The notes under the pieces were generated by a model, which had not been told where the DNA came from, made no database searches, and saw only the letters and a list, made by a program, of their open reading frames with translations. Made by a program: the position numbers and the translations under genes. Shown here in pieces: positions 24,615 through 32,000 of a stretch of DNA of 32,000 nucleotides. Each line of letters starts with the position of its first letter. Position 1 is the first letter of the stretch. Source of the stretch: Ignicoccus hospitalis KIN4/I (GTDB taxonomy: Archaea; Thermoproteota; Thermoprotei_A; Sulfolobales; Ignicoccaceae); the NCBI RefSeq assembly GCF_000017945.1, contig NC_009776.1:240001-272000 (forward strand), read 5' to 3'.

Positions 24615-25027
24615 GCGGCGTCAGCAACGCCGACCCAGCTCATCCCCACGCCCAGGCCCTCCGGCAGGACCAGAGCTTTCTTGATTAAGTATAGGGCCTC
24701 CGACACCGCGTCGCTGCTCTCCTCCCCCTCCACCGACGCCTCCACCTTGACAGTTTCGCAGTCCAACAAGTGGCCGTGGAACTCGTGGAACGTGTGGGGG
24801 GTCGGGAAGCACCCCGCCACCTCCCGCACGTCGATGTCTATATAAACGTTTAGGGCGTTCCTCACGTACCTACCTACAGCGATTAAGGACTCCATCAGCT
24901 CAGCCGCCGCCTCGCGGGGGAGCGCGGACGAGAGGGTTACAGTGAGCTTGATCCTTTCCACACGCACCCCCACTAGTTTCAGTGACCCCTCACCTTTTTT
25001 CTGAGAAAGACAAAGGTGCTTACCCAA
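24611..25027 (-). CDS. hypothetical protein with histidine cluster
   Basis: 138-aa ORF from a TTG; the start is uncertain, with GTGs about 20 codons in. H78TFH81EFH84GH86 lies at nt 24770-24796. No family recognised. Confidence 0.4.
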   Translation of the reverse strand: MGKHLCLSQKKGEGSLKLVGVRVERIKLTVTLSSALPREAAAELMESLIAVGRYVRNALNVYIDIDVREVAGCFPTPHTFHEFHGHLLDCETVKVEASVEGEESSDAVSEALYLIKKALVLPEGLGVGMSWVGVADAA

Positions 25028-25058
25028 AGTATACGCTTACTTTTCTAAGGTAGCCGTC

Positions 25059-26030
25059 GTGGAGGGCCCGGTGTGCCGCGTGGGGTGGACCTACTCGAAG
25101 GCGGGCGTTGACGTCTCCGCCCAAAAGGCAATGGAAGAGCAATTCATTAAGAAGAGCAAGAAGCTTGCGAACGGGATCGGGGGCTACGCCTCCTCCTTCA
25201 ACGTCTGCGGGGAGGTAACCCTCCACGTGGACGGGGTGGGCACCAAGACCGAGCTCCTCCGAAAGTATTCCCGAAACTGGGTGGCCGGGTGGGACTGCTT
25301 GATGGTCAACGCCAACGACGTCGCTTGTGAGGGCTTTAGGGTCTTCGCCTACGTAGATTACTTGGCCGTGGAGAGGGGAGACCCAGTGTTGGCAAGGGAG
25401 GTTGCCGAGGGGATGAGCAAGGCGGCCGAGGCCTTGGGGGCCGTGCTGGCCGGCGGGGAGACCGCCATAATGCCGGACGTGGTCAAGGGGTACGACGTCT
25501 CTTGCACGGTCTTGGGCGTTAGAGAGGCGAGGCCCCAGCCCCCGAGGCCCGGCGACGCCGTCATAGCGGTCGCCTCCAACGGGCCCCACGCCAACGGCTA
25601 CACCCTCATACGGAGGCTCATCCAAGCCGGCTTGCTCGACCCCGAGCCGTTGCTGGACTTCCTCCTCGCCCCCGTGGCGAACTACCACAACCCCCTCTTG
25701 AGGGCAATGAAGGAGGGTAAGGCCAAGTGGGGGGCCCACGTGACCGGAGGGGCCTTCTACAAGGTGCACTCCAGGCTCCCCAAGGGGCTAGGGGTGAGGC
25801 TCGAGGCTTGGGAGGTCCCGGAGGGGTTCGTGAAGATAGTTGAGGCGGCTGGGATGAGCGCGGAGGAGGCGTACAAGACCTTCAACATGGGCGTCGGGAT
25901 GCTTGTGGTGGGCTCCGAGGAGGCAGTGGAGGCGTTCGAGAGGGAGGGGCTGAAGGCTTGGAAGGCGGGGGAAGTGGTGGAGGGGCCGACGGAGATAGAA
26001 ACCCCGTGGGGCAAGGTGGTCATCCGCTGA
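25059..26030 (+). CDS. purM: phosphoribosylformylglycinamidine cyclo-ligase (AIR synthetase)
   Basis: 323 aa. TYSKAGVDV, HVDGVGTK, LAGGETAIMP and SNGPHANGYTL are the PurM pattern. GTG start; alternatives at 25071 and 25080. Confidence 0.9.
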   Translation: MEGPVCRVGWTYSKAGVDVSAQKAMEEQFIKKSKKLANGIGGYASSFNVCGEVTLHVDGVGTKTELLRKYSRNWVAGWDCLMVNANDVACEGFRVFAYVDYLAVERGDPVLAREVAEGMSKAAEALGAVLAGGETAIMPDVVKGYDVSCTVLGVREARPQPPRPGDAVIAVASNGPHANGYTLIRRLIQAGLLDPEPLLDFLLAPVANYHNPLLRAMKEGKAKWGAHVTGGAFYKVHSRLPKGLGVRLEAWEVPEGFVKIVEAAGMSAEEAYKTFNMGVGMLVVGSEEAVEAFEREGLKAWKAGEVVEGPTEIETPWGKVVIR

Positions 26031-26562
26031 CGAACTTCTTCACCAGCTTCTCGGCGTCCCCCTTAGGGACCCCCACCACGTTGACCACTTCCCCGGTCCT
26101 AAGCTTCACGGTGACGTTCGAGTAGCCCAAGAGCTTGCCCACGGGGGAGCTCTCCACCGAGACCTCCGCTATTGTGCTCTTCGGCACGTTCCTAGTCTTG
26201 CTGTACACGGGCAACTCTACCCTTATTATTAAGCCGTCGTCGTTGAAGTAGTACTCTACGGAGTTGGTGTAAATTATGATGAACCCTACTTCTATCAGGG
26301 AGATTATTGATGATATAACCAACAAGAGGGGGTTTGTTAGGTAAACCGCCGCGGCGGTAAAGGCCAAGGGGACCAGAACTAAAACGGCCTTCTTCTTGAG
26401 AATTAATACGGATAGGACGGCGATCGCCGCCAAAGACGCCCAGAGGTAAACGTCCTCCACGAAAGGCGAGGCTACGTTGAGCGCGAGGGCCAGCGCTAGG
26501 AAGAACAGCTCCCCCGCTCTGGCCCTCAAGGTGGGTTTGAAGGAGATTCCCTCAGCGCTCAA
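26020..26562 (-). CDS. membrane protein with bacterial-PH (bPH_2/YdbS-like) domain
   Basis: 180 aa. Four hydrophobic helices followed by YYFNDDGLIIR..SKTRNVPKSTIAEVSVESSPVGKLLGYSNVTVKL. TTG start with a strong upstream Shine-Dalgarno sequence. Confidence 0.65.
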   Translation of the reverse strand: MSAEGISFKPTLRARAGELFFLALALALNVASPFVEDVYLWASLAAIAVLSVLILKKKAVLVLVPLAFTAAAVYLTNPLLLVISSIISLIEVGFIIIYTNSVEYYFNDDGLIIRVELPVYSKTRNVPKSTIAEVSVESSPVGKLLGYSNVTVKLRTGEVVNVVGVPKGDAEKLVKKFVSG

Positions 26563-26570
26563 GACCTACT

Positions 26571-26580
26571 TCACCTCCTC
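26571..26580 (-). promoter_or_regulatory. Shine-Dalgarno-like site for the bPH membrane protein gene
   Basis: The minus strand reads gaggaggtga, 8 nt upstream of the TTG at 26562, inside the 28-nt gap after the ThrRS-like gene. Confidence 0.4.
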
Positions 26581-26590
26581 AGATACTGCC

Positions 26591-28249
26591 CTAGTCCTCA
26601 TCGGGCTTGGCGAACTTGGGCCTCTTGGAGTACAGTATCGGGAGCGTCTGGGGGAGCTGGGGGTAGCCCCCAACTTCCTCGGAGACCACCCTTATTACTT
26701 CCTCTAAGCTCACGTCCTCCCGATCGTTGGTCTTCCTCCTCATCAGTATGACCCTCCCGAGCTTCTCTTCCCTCTTGTCTATTAAGAGTAGGAACGGCAC
26801 CCACTCCTCTCCCGCGTCCTTCAGCTTTCTGGAGAGGGGCACGTTCCTGTCGTCTACATCCACCCTTATCCCCCTCTCCCTCAGCTCCTCCGCAACGGTG
26901 AGCGCGTAGGGCAGTACGTCCCTGCTCTTAGGTATGACCCTAACTTGTATGGGGGAGAGCCAGGCCGGAAGCTCCGGCGTCTCGCCGGACTTCAAGTCCT
27001 TGGCGGCCTTGTCGAATATCACGTAAGCGAAGCGCTCGAAGGAGCCTAGGGGGGCGGCAGAGACGGAGTAGACCTCCCTGCCCCACATGAGCGCCTTCCT
27101 CATCTTCCACGTCCCCAGCTCCACGGGGTACCCCATGGAGTTTATCACGTACATTTCGGCGTCGATGAAGATCTCATTGGATTTGACCACCCTTAGGTAC
27201 GCGCAGCGGTTGTCCCTCTTAACCAGCTTTATGATCAAGTCCTTGGCCTCTTCGAAGAGCTCCTCAGAAACTGTGTAGGAGACTACGTACTTCATCCCGA
27301 GCTTCTCCGCCTCCGTGTGGATGAGCTCGTGCAGGGTGAGCGCAACGTCGGAGGCCTCGGAGAAGGAGGGAACGAATATTCTTACCTTAGGGACGTGGAA
27401 CTCTTTCGTTCTGTAGCACGGGAAGGTGTCTTCCTCTTCCCTAAACAACAAGAGCTGCTCAAAGAGGGCGAAGGGTAAGTCGTTGGGGTCCGCGTACTTC
27501 TCCACAACTTGTTTGTGTTCTTTGAACTCGTCGCACCTCAAGAAGCCGTCTGAACAAGAGATGTCACAGCCGTACCTAACCACCTCCGGCGTCTTGACGG
27601 AGATCGTGGGCACCTCCAAAGCTTGGAGCACGGAGGTAACGTGGACTGTGAAGGCCAAGTACATGAAGTAGGCGTGGGGCAGGAGGGTCCAAAAGCCTCT
27701 TGGGGTCACCTCGGCCTCCGCGAAGCCGAACTTGCGACAGAACCTCTCCACGTTGGGGTCGTGCTCTACCTTTTGGCCCCCCTTCATGAACTTTATCAAG
27801 CTGACCAACGAGGCGTCCTCGCACTCCTCAATCCCCTTGAACTCCCCTTCTGGGTTCACCACGTACTCCGCGACCGTCTGAAGCCTCTTCCGGGGGCCGT
27901 AGGAGCGGAACTCGTGAAGGGCCGGGACGCCCAAGGTCTCTAGTACGAACCCCTTAGCGCCGGCCTCCACCTCCTTTACCGGCACTCCCTTCCTCTGCAA
28001 GAGATCTACCAACTCCCGTATCTTCTTCATAGCTTCGTGGTAGTTCTCCGGCATTGGAGATAGCTTGGAGTGGGGGTAAATTACCAAAACTTTGGCGTCA
28101 GAGTACTTCATGAAGTTTATCAAGTCCTCCGCGACTTCGTCTAATACGGTCTCGTCCCCGGGCTCCACGGCGACGAAGGCGACCAAAGCGTCGTCCAGCC
28201 TCTCGTTCCCGGCCGCGAAGCTCTTGCTGCGCACTATCAACACTTTCAT
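26591..28249 (-). CDS. thrS: threonyl-tRNA synthetase paralogue, editing type (ThrRS-ed): archaeal editing domain, degenerate class II core and anticodon-binding domain
   Basis: 552 aa. The N-terminus MKVLIVRSKS..ALVAFVAVE..VLVIYPHSKLS resembles the archaeal DTD-like editing domain. The motif-2 region reads PCYRTKEFHVPKVRIFVPSFSE instead of the usual ..R.E.SG...GL.RVR.FTQDDAH. The C-terminal WLSPIQVRVIP..A..LR..GIRVDVDD is a normal anticodon-binding domain. Confidence 0.8.
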   Translation of the reverse strand: MKVLIVRSKSFAAGNERLDDALVAFVAVEPGDETVLDEVAEDLINFMKYSDAKVLVIYPHSKLSPMPENYHEAMKKIRELVDLLQRKGVPVKEVEAGAKGFVLETLGVPALHEFRSYGPRKRLQTVAEYVVNPEGEFKGIEECEDASLVSLIKFMKGGQKVEHDPNVERFCRKFGFAEAEVTPRGFWTLLPHAYFMYLAFTVHVTSVLQALEVPTISVKTPEVVRYGCDISCSDGFLRCDEFKEHKQVVEKYADPNDLPFALFEQLLLFREEEDTFPCYRTKEFHVPKVRIFVPSFSEASDVALTLHELIHTEAEKLGMKYVVSYTVSEELFEEAKDLIIKLVKRDNRCAYLRVVKSNEIFIDAEMYVINSMGYPVELGTWKMRKALMWGREVYSVSAAPLGSFERFAYVIFDKAAKDLKSGETPELPAWLSPIQVRVIPKSRDVLPYALTVAEELRERGIRVDVDDRNVPLSRKLKDAGEEWVPFLLLIDKREEKLGRVILMRRKTNDREDVSLEEVIRVVSEEVGGYPQLPQTLPILYSKRPKFAKPDED

Positions 28250-28285
28250 TACTTAGTCTCCGTTATAGCCTAAGCGTAGGACGAA

Positions 28286-31210
28286 TTATAGTTTTGGAGA
28301 AACCGCGCGGGGGACCTTGTAGGCTACAGCCCCTATGAGGGAACCTATCGTCATCACCAAGGAGCCTAGCCATACGAACGGCACGCCGGGTATCATCTTC
28401 GCTTGTACGTACAGCCCGTTCTCCGGTATGTGGCTGCGGTAGTTCTTGGCGAGGAGGTAGAGCTCTATGGCGGCCTGCTCCAAGAAGCCCGGCAAGTGGG
28501 TCTGGGGCACTTGCTTGATCACGTTTATGTTGTAGCCGGCGGCGAAGAGCGCCGCCAAGGCCAACCTCTCCGATACGTTGTACCTCTCGAACACCTTGTT
28601 CAAGTACATTAGCAACATGTCGTGGTAAGATATCATGTTACTGGTCTTGCTGAACACCACTGGCGGGTTGAGGGCCACGTACAAGTCGGTTAGGCCGTAG
28701 CTCGGGTGAACCACCTTGGGCACCAGCCCGTGGATGCCTTGTATCTCGCCGTATGCCTCGTACCTTATGGAGGTGTGGAAGGCGTGTCTCTGGCCTCCCT
28801 TCTCGGAGTAGAAGTCTAGGTCCAGCCTTATGGTCTCCGGCACGTACTGGGGCGCGTTCACGTAGCCCTCACAGTGGGGGTTGAGACACTTATGGCCCTT
28901 CGGGGGCGTTATGAGCTTCTCGACGTTCTTGGGGTTCGACAAGAACTCGAAGAGCTCCTTGTCCTCTAGTATGGTGGAGACCACCGGGTCGTTGAGCGCT
29001 TGCAAGTAGGTCACGAAGCCGGAGGTCACCGTAGCCCCGTTGGGGTACTCCTTCCCGCCGGCGGTAACGTTGCCGTCCACCACCTCCAGCGCTTGGGTGA
29101 AGCTCTTGAGACCGTGGACCTCTAACAAGTTGCCCATAGGGTAGACGGTGAACCCCTTGGCAGTTACGTTAAAGTCGCCTATCTTGAACTTCACCGGCCT
29201 TTCCAGCCTCGCGTACACCACTTCGTGGAAGGTCAAGTTGCCCTTGTAGTCTATGCCCAGCCCCCTAGTCAACAAGGCGAAGTAGTACCTCACGTTCCCG
29301 TTGGGGTCGAACATGAAGTAGACCACCCCTTCGTTGTTGCCGAAGAAGAGCTTGCCCCTCTCTTTAACCACCCTATACTTCCCCGTGGTTACGTCCGATA
29401 TGTTGAGGTAGGTGTAGTTAGCGGAGAACGGCTCCACGGGCCCGAGGCTGTAGACCAGCATCCCTTGGTTGGCAAAAGTGGGCCTCTTTTCCTTCAGTAT
29501 TGTAAGCAGTTCCTTGAGCAGTGGCTCGGAGTTGATAGTCTGGTTAGCTTGCTTCAAGAACTGCATTAACATCGAGAGGTCTTGGGATATGGTCTTCAGC
29601 GCCAGCCAAGCGTAGAAGTACGTAGAGCTCCTCTCTAAGTACTTGCTCTTTATGTCCACCATCGAGTCGCTCAGCTCGTACTTGTAGTTGCTGAAGTAGA
29701 GCTTGCTCCCGCCGGGGAGGGAGTGGGTTTCGTCGGGCCTCAAGTTGAAGTCGAAGAAGTACGAGTTGTTGTACGCGTACGTGCCGGACATGAAGACCCC
29801 TATGGCGGTCAGCGCCACGCCGGCGTGCAACAGCGCTATCCCCCAGTCCCTCACCAGCTTATACCTCTTGATTATGTAATATATCGCAGTCACGAGGCTG
29901 AAGGCCGCCAGAGGTATTCCAAACGCCATCATCACGTTGGTTAGCTTGGGGGAGAAGTAGGCCAAGTTGAGCTCGCCTAAGTAGGCGGCCACGGCCATGG
30001 AGGTCGAGAGCAACAGCGCCGCCGCCTCCGCGGACAGTATTACCCTCCACCCCGCCTCGTTGAGGAAGACCAGCGGCATGGCTACTAGCATCACTACGAG
30101 CAGCGGGTACAGCACCGGGTGGAAGTAGTTTATCCCGGAGGACTGCTGGGGTATGCTGGCCTCCCTGCCCATTATCACTAGCAACGAAGGCACGAAGAGA
30201 GTAGCGTAAACGAATAAGGCAGCTACCAACAGTGAGGAGAACGCCAGCGCGGTGCCGACGTAATAAGGCTCCTTCTGCTCTACGACCCTTTTGACTATTC
30301 CTACGAACTCCTTGTAGTTGTCACTTATCTCCTTAACCCACCAAAGGAAGGTGGCTACGGCGGTGAAGAAGAGTACCGCGGACCCCAAGTTGGCTCCGGC
30401 GAAGCTGTGCAGGGGGCTGAGGCCGGTCCTAGTGACGAACATCGCTTGGTATACCGAGGAGGTGACCAGCGGCGAGTAGGCCAGCGCCGCCCGGAACGCC
30501 AGGGGGAACAAGTGGGGGAGCACGGTGGCCGTCAGCCAGACGGAGAGCTCGCTGGTCTCCACCGGGTCCCAAGCCCAGTAGCCTCCCCACCCGAAGGTCT
30601 CGTAGCTCCAATAGGCCCCTAGAGCTATGCCTATGGTCAGCAGCGCCCAGCCGACGTTGTAGGTCACCCTAGCCCTAGAGTGGCCCAAGGCAAGTGCGAC
30701 CGCGGAGATGGCCAACAGCGCGTAGCCGGCGAAGGTGGTCAGCGGGTGGGGGTAGAGCCACGGGCTCTTGAGCAAGGGGTTGAGGCCCGCGCCCGTAACG
30801 GGGTTCCCGGGGATCAAGGCGAACGCGTCGTTCATGTATGCTGCGAACAAGCCCACTAAGACCAGAGGTATCGCTATGAGTAAGAAGGCCCTCCCGGCCC
30901 TCCTGCTCCACCACAAGGCTATGGTCGCTATGAAGGTGTATAGGAACAAGCTGCCCCCGCCGCCGGACCAAGAGGTGGCGACCCTCATCCAGAGGGGCAG
31001 CCCCTCGCTGGAGTTCCAGTAGACCTCGTGTAAGCTGAAGTCCAAGGTGACGAAGGGTATTACGTAAAGCACCCACGCTACGGTCATTACTAAAGTTCCT
31101 AAATTGACGAACTTAATTGCCTTCTCCTCTTGCTTCTTGAGCGCGTAGTACCAAGCGACCGCGAGCAGCGCAGCCGAAACTAAGGGAGGGTATCCGGTCC
31201 AGTGTAACAA
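28286..31210 (-). CDS. ccmF: CcmF-type cytochrome c heme-handling protein with a greatly expanded extracytoplasmic domain
   Basis: 974 aa with a TTG start. NPLLKSPWLYPHPLTTFAGY (P-His1 context), WGGYWAWDPVE (WWD motif, residues 208-218, nt 30557-30589) and SPLHSFAG (P-His2 context) match the family. Residues ~485-935 are non-hydrophobic, followed by one terminal helix. Confidence 0.8.
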   Translation of the reverse strand: MLHWTGYPPLVSAALLAVAWYYALKKQEEKAIKFVNLGTLVMTVAWVLYVIPFVTLDFSLHEVYWNSSEGLPLWMRVATSWSGGGGSLFLYTFIATIALWWSRRAGRAFLLIAIPLVLVGLFAAYMNDAFALIPGNPVTGAGLNPLLKSPWLYPHPLTTFAGYALLAISAVALALGHSRARVTYNVGWALLTIGIALGAYWSYETFGWGGYWAWDPVETSELSVWLTATVLPHLFPLAFRAALAYSPLVTSSVYQAMFVTRTGLSPLHSFAGANLGSAVLFFTAVATFLWWVKEISDNYKEFVGIVKRVVEQKEPYYVGTALAFSSLLVAALFVYATLFVPSLLVIMGREASIPQQSSGINYFHPVLYPLLVVMLVAMPLVFLNEAGWRVILSAEAAALLLSTSMAVAAYLGELNLAYFSPKLTNVMMAFGIPLAAFSLVTAIYYIIKRYKLVRDWGIALLHAGVALTAIGVFMSGTYAYNNSYFFDFNLRPDETHSLPGGSKLYFSNYKYELSDSMVDIKSKYLERSSTYFYAWLALKTISQDLSMLMQFLKQANQTINSEPLLKELLTILKEKRPTFANQGMLVYSLGPVEPFSANYTYLNISDVTTGKYRVVKERGKLFFGNNEGVVYFMFDPNGNVRYYFALLTRGLGIDYKGNLTFHEVVYARLERPVKFKIGDFNVTAKGFTVYPMGNLLEVHGLKSFTQALEVVDGNVTAGGKEYPNGATVTSGFVTYLQALNDPVVSTILEDKELFEFLSNPKNVEKLITPPKGHKCLNPHCEGYVNAPQYVPETIRLDLDFYSEKGGQRHAFHTSIRYEAYGEIQGIHGLVPKVVHPSYGLTDLYVALNPPVVFSKTSNMISYHDMLLMYLNKVFERYNVSERLALAALFAAGYNINVIKQVPQTHLPGFLEQAAIELYLLAKNYRSHIPENGLYVQAKMIPGVPFVWLGSLVMTIGSLIGAVAYKVPRAVSPKL

Positions 31211-31267
31211 ACCTTAGAACCCCTGCGGGACTCGAACCGACGGTAATAATTGTCGCATTTCGAGCTA

Positions 31268-32000
31268 CTAGCCCCCGGCTAGGAGCTTCGCCAGCCGCGC
31301 GTAACGCCCCACGAACTCCACGACCTCACTTATCTTTATCTTCTCATTGGGCGTGTGGGACTCTCTGTGGTCGCCGGGCCCCCAAGTGACGACGTCGTAT
31401 CCCCTATAGTACCTCATGTCGGAGGCCGCCTTGTGGACCTTCAGCGGCTCGCCCCACACCTCGTTTATCAGTTTGGCCAGCTCGCTGTTCTCGTTCAATA
31501 TTCCAGGCTCTAGGAGCTTTACCTCTACCTTCGCCCTATCCCCTATTACTTCCTTTACGAACTCCACGACCTCGCGCTCGTCCTCCTCCGGGATCACCCT
31601 CACGTCCACGCTGAAAACGAAAGAACCGGGCACCACGTTCTCCTTGTTTGATGTGGAGTACGCCACTCCACCTATGTTGAATGCGTTAAACTTCGTCAGC
31701 GGATGTTCCGGCGAGTATTCGTACTTGCTGTACCTCTTGGAAAACTTGTCCGTGAGGGCCCTATTGAGCTCCAATACCAAAGCAGAAGCCTTCACAAAGG
31801 CATTTTCCCCCATCCAGGGTGTGGAAGCGTGCACTTGCTTCCCCGGCACTTCCACTCTCAGCCAAACCACCCCCTTGTGGCCTATCCACACGTTGTGGTC
31901 CGTGGGCTCGGCCACTACGACCCTCCTCGGGATCTCGTACTTCTCCTTCAGTTTGCTCACCCTGTACCCGGTCCCGCACCTCCCCCCAACTTCCTCGTCC
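31268..32000 (-). CDS. M20-family metallohydrolase (ArgE/DapE/LysK-like deacylase), C-terminal part; 5' end beyond the right edge
   Basis: The frame stays open to the window edge, reading ..DEEVGGRCGTGYRV before the track's internal GTG at 31960. AEPTDHNVWIGHKGVVWLRVEVPGKQVHAS is the dimerisation-domain pattern of M20 enzymes. Confidence 0.8.
   Translation of the reverse strand, partial: DEEVGGRCGTGYRVSKLKEKYEIPRRVVVAEPTDHNVWIGHKGVVWLRVEVPGKQVHASTPWMGENAFVKASALVLELNRALTDKFSKRYSKYEYSPEHPLTKFNAFNIGGVAYSTSNKENVVPGSFVFSVDVRVIPEEDEREVVEFVKEVIGDRAKVEVKLLEPGILNENSELAKLINEVWGEPLKVHKAASDMRYYRGYDVVTWGPGDHRESHTPNEKIKISEVVEFVGRYARLAKLLAGG

Noticed and set aside
31225-31243. gcgggactcgaaccgacgg, which looks like the reverse complement of a tRNA T-arm
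   Set aside because: On the minus strand the putative T-stem (GTCGG/CCCGC) has a mismatch. No matching acceptor 5' strand, D-arm or anticodon arm exists in the 57-nt gap. It is better explained as a CTCGAA/TTCGAG hairpin between two CDSs.

Overview
This is a gene-dense, GC-rich archaeal chromosome segment. The gene content points to a hyperthermophilic crenarchaeon: ribosomal proteins S19e, L39e, L31e and S26e, aIF6, TiaS, TrmY, an editing-type ThrRS paralogue, and a 26-nt CRISPR repeat whose reverse complement ends in GAAAG. Desulfurococcales-like is my guess and an Ignicoccus-type host is unverified. I call 41 protein genes. Three are missing from the ORF track: the 5' part of mre11 running off the left edge, a 52-codon L39e, and an M20 peptidase running off the right edge. 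I also call one 10-repeat CRISPR array with an AT-rich leader, and I find no tRNA or rRNA. Many long track ORFs are antisense shadows of clearly homologous genes on the other strand, which is typical of high-GC DNA. Genes are tightly packed, with ATGA/GTGA start-stop overlaps, 10-57 nt convergent overlaps and mostly TTG/GTG starts as called. The points most worth a second look are listed here. (1) The CRISPR array is orphan, with no cas gene in the 32 kb, and its spacers fall into two G+C classes that roughly track repeat sub-variants. (2) A KaiC-like ATPase is translationally coupled to a minimal JAMM/MPN+ protein whose ORF runs 164 nt into a METTL5-like methyltransferase. (3) A family-4 uracil-DNA glycosylase is GTGA-coupled to a radical SAM enzyme. 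(4) A 974-aa CcmF-type heme-handling protein stands away from other ccm genes, and its only two cysteines form a CX4C pair in a large glycosylation-sequon-rich external domain. (5) The ThrRS paralogue has an editing domain but a degenerate catalytic core. Nothing here can be shown to be novel without database searches. All family assignments rest on motifs I recognise by eye.
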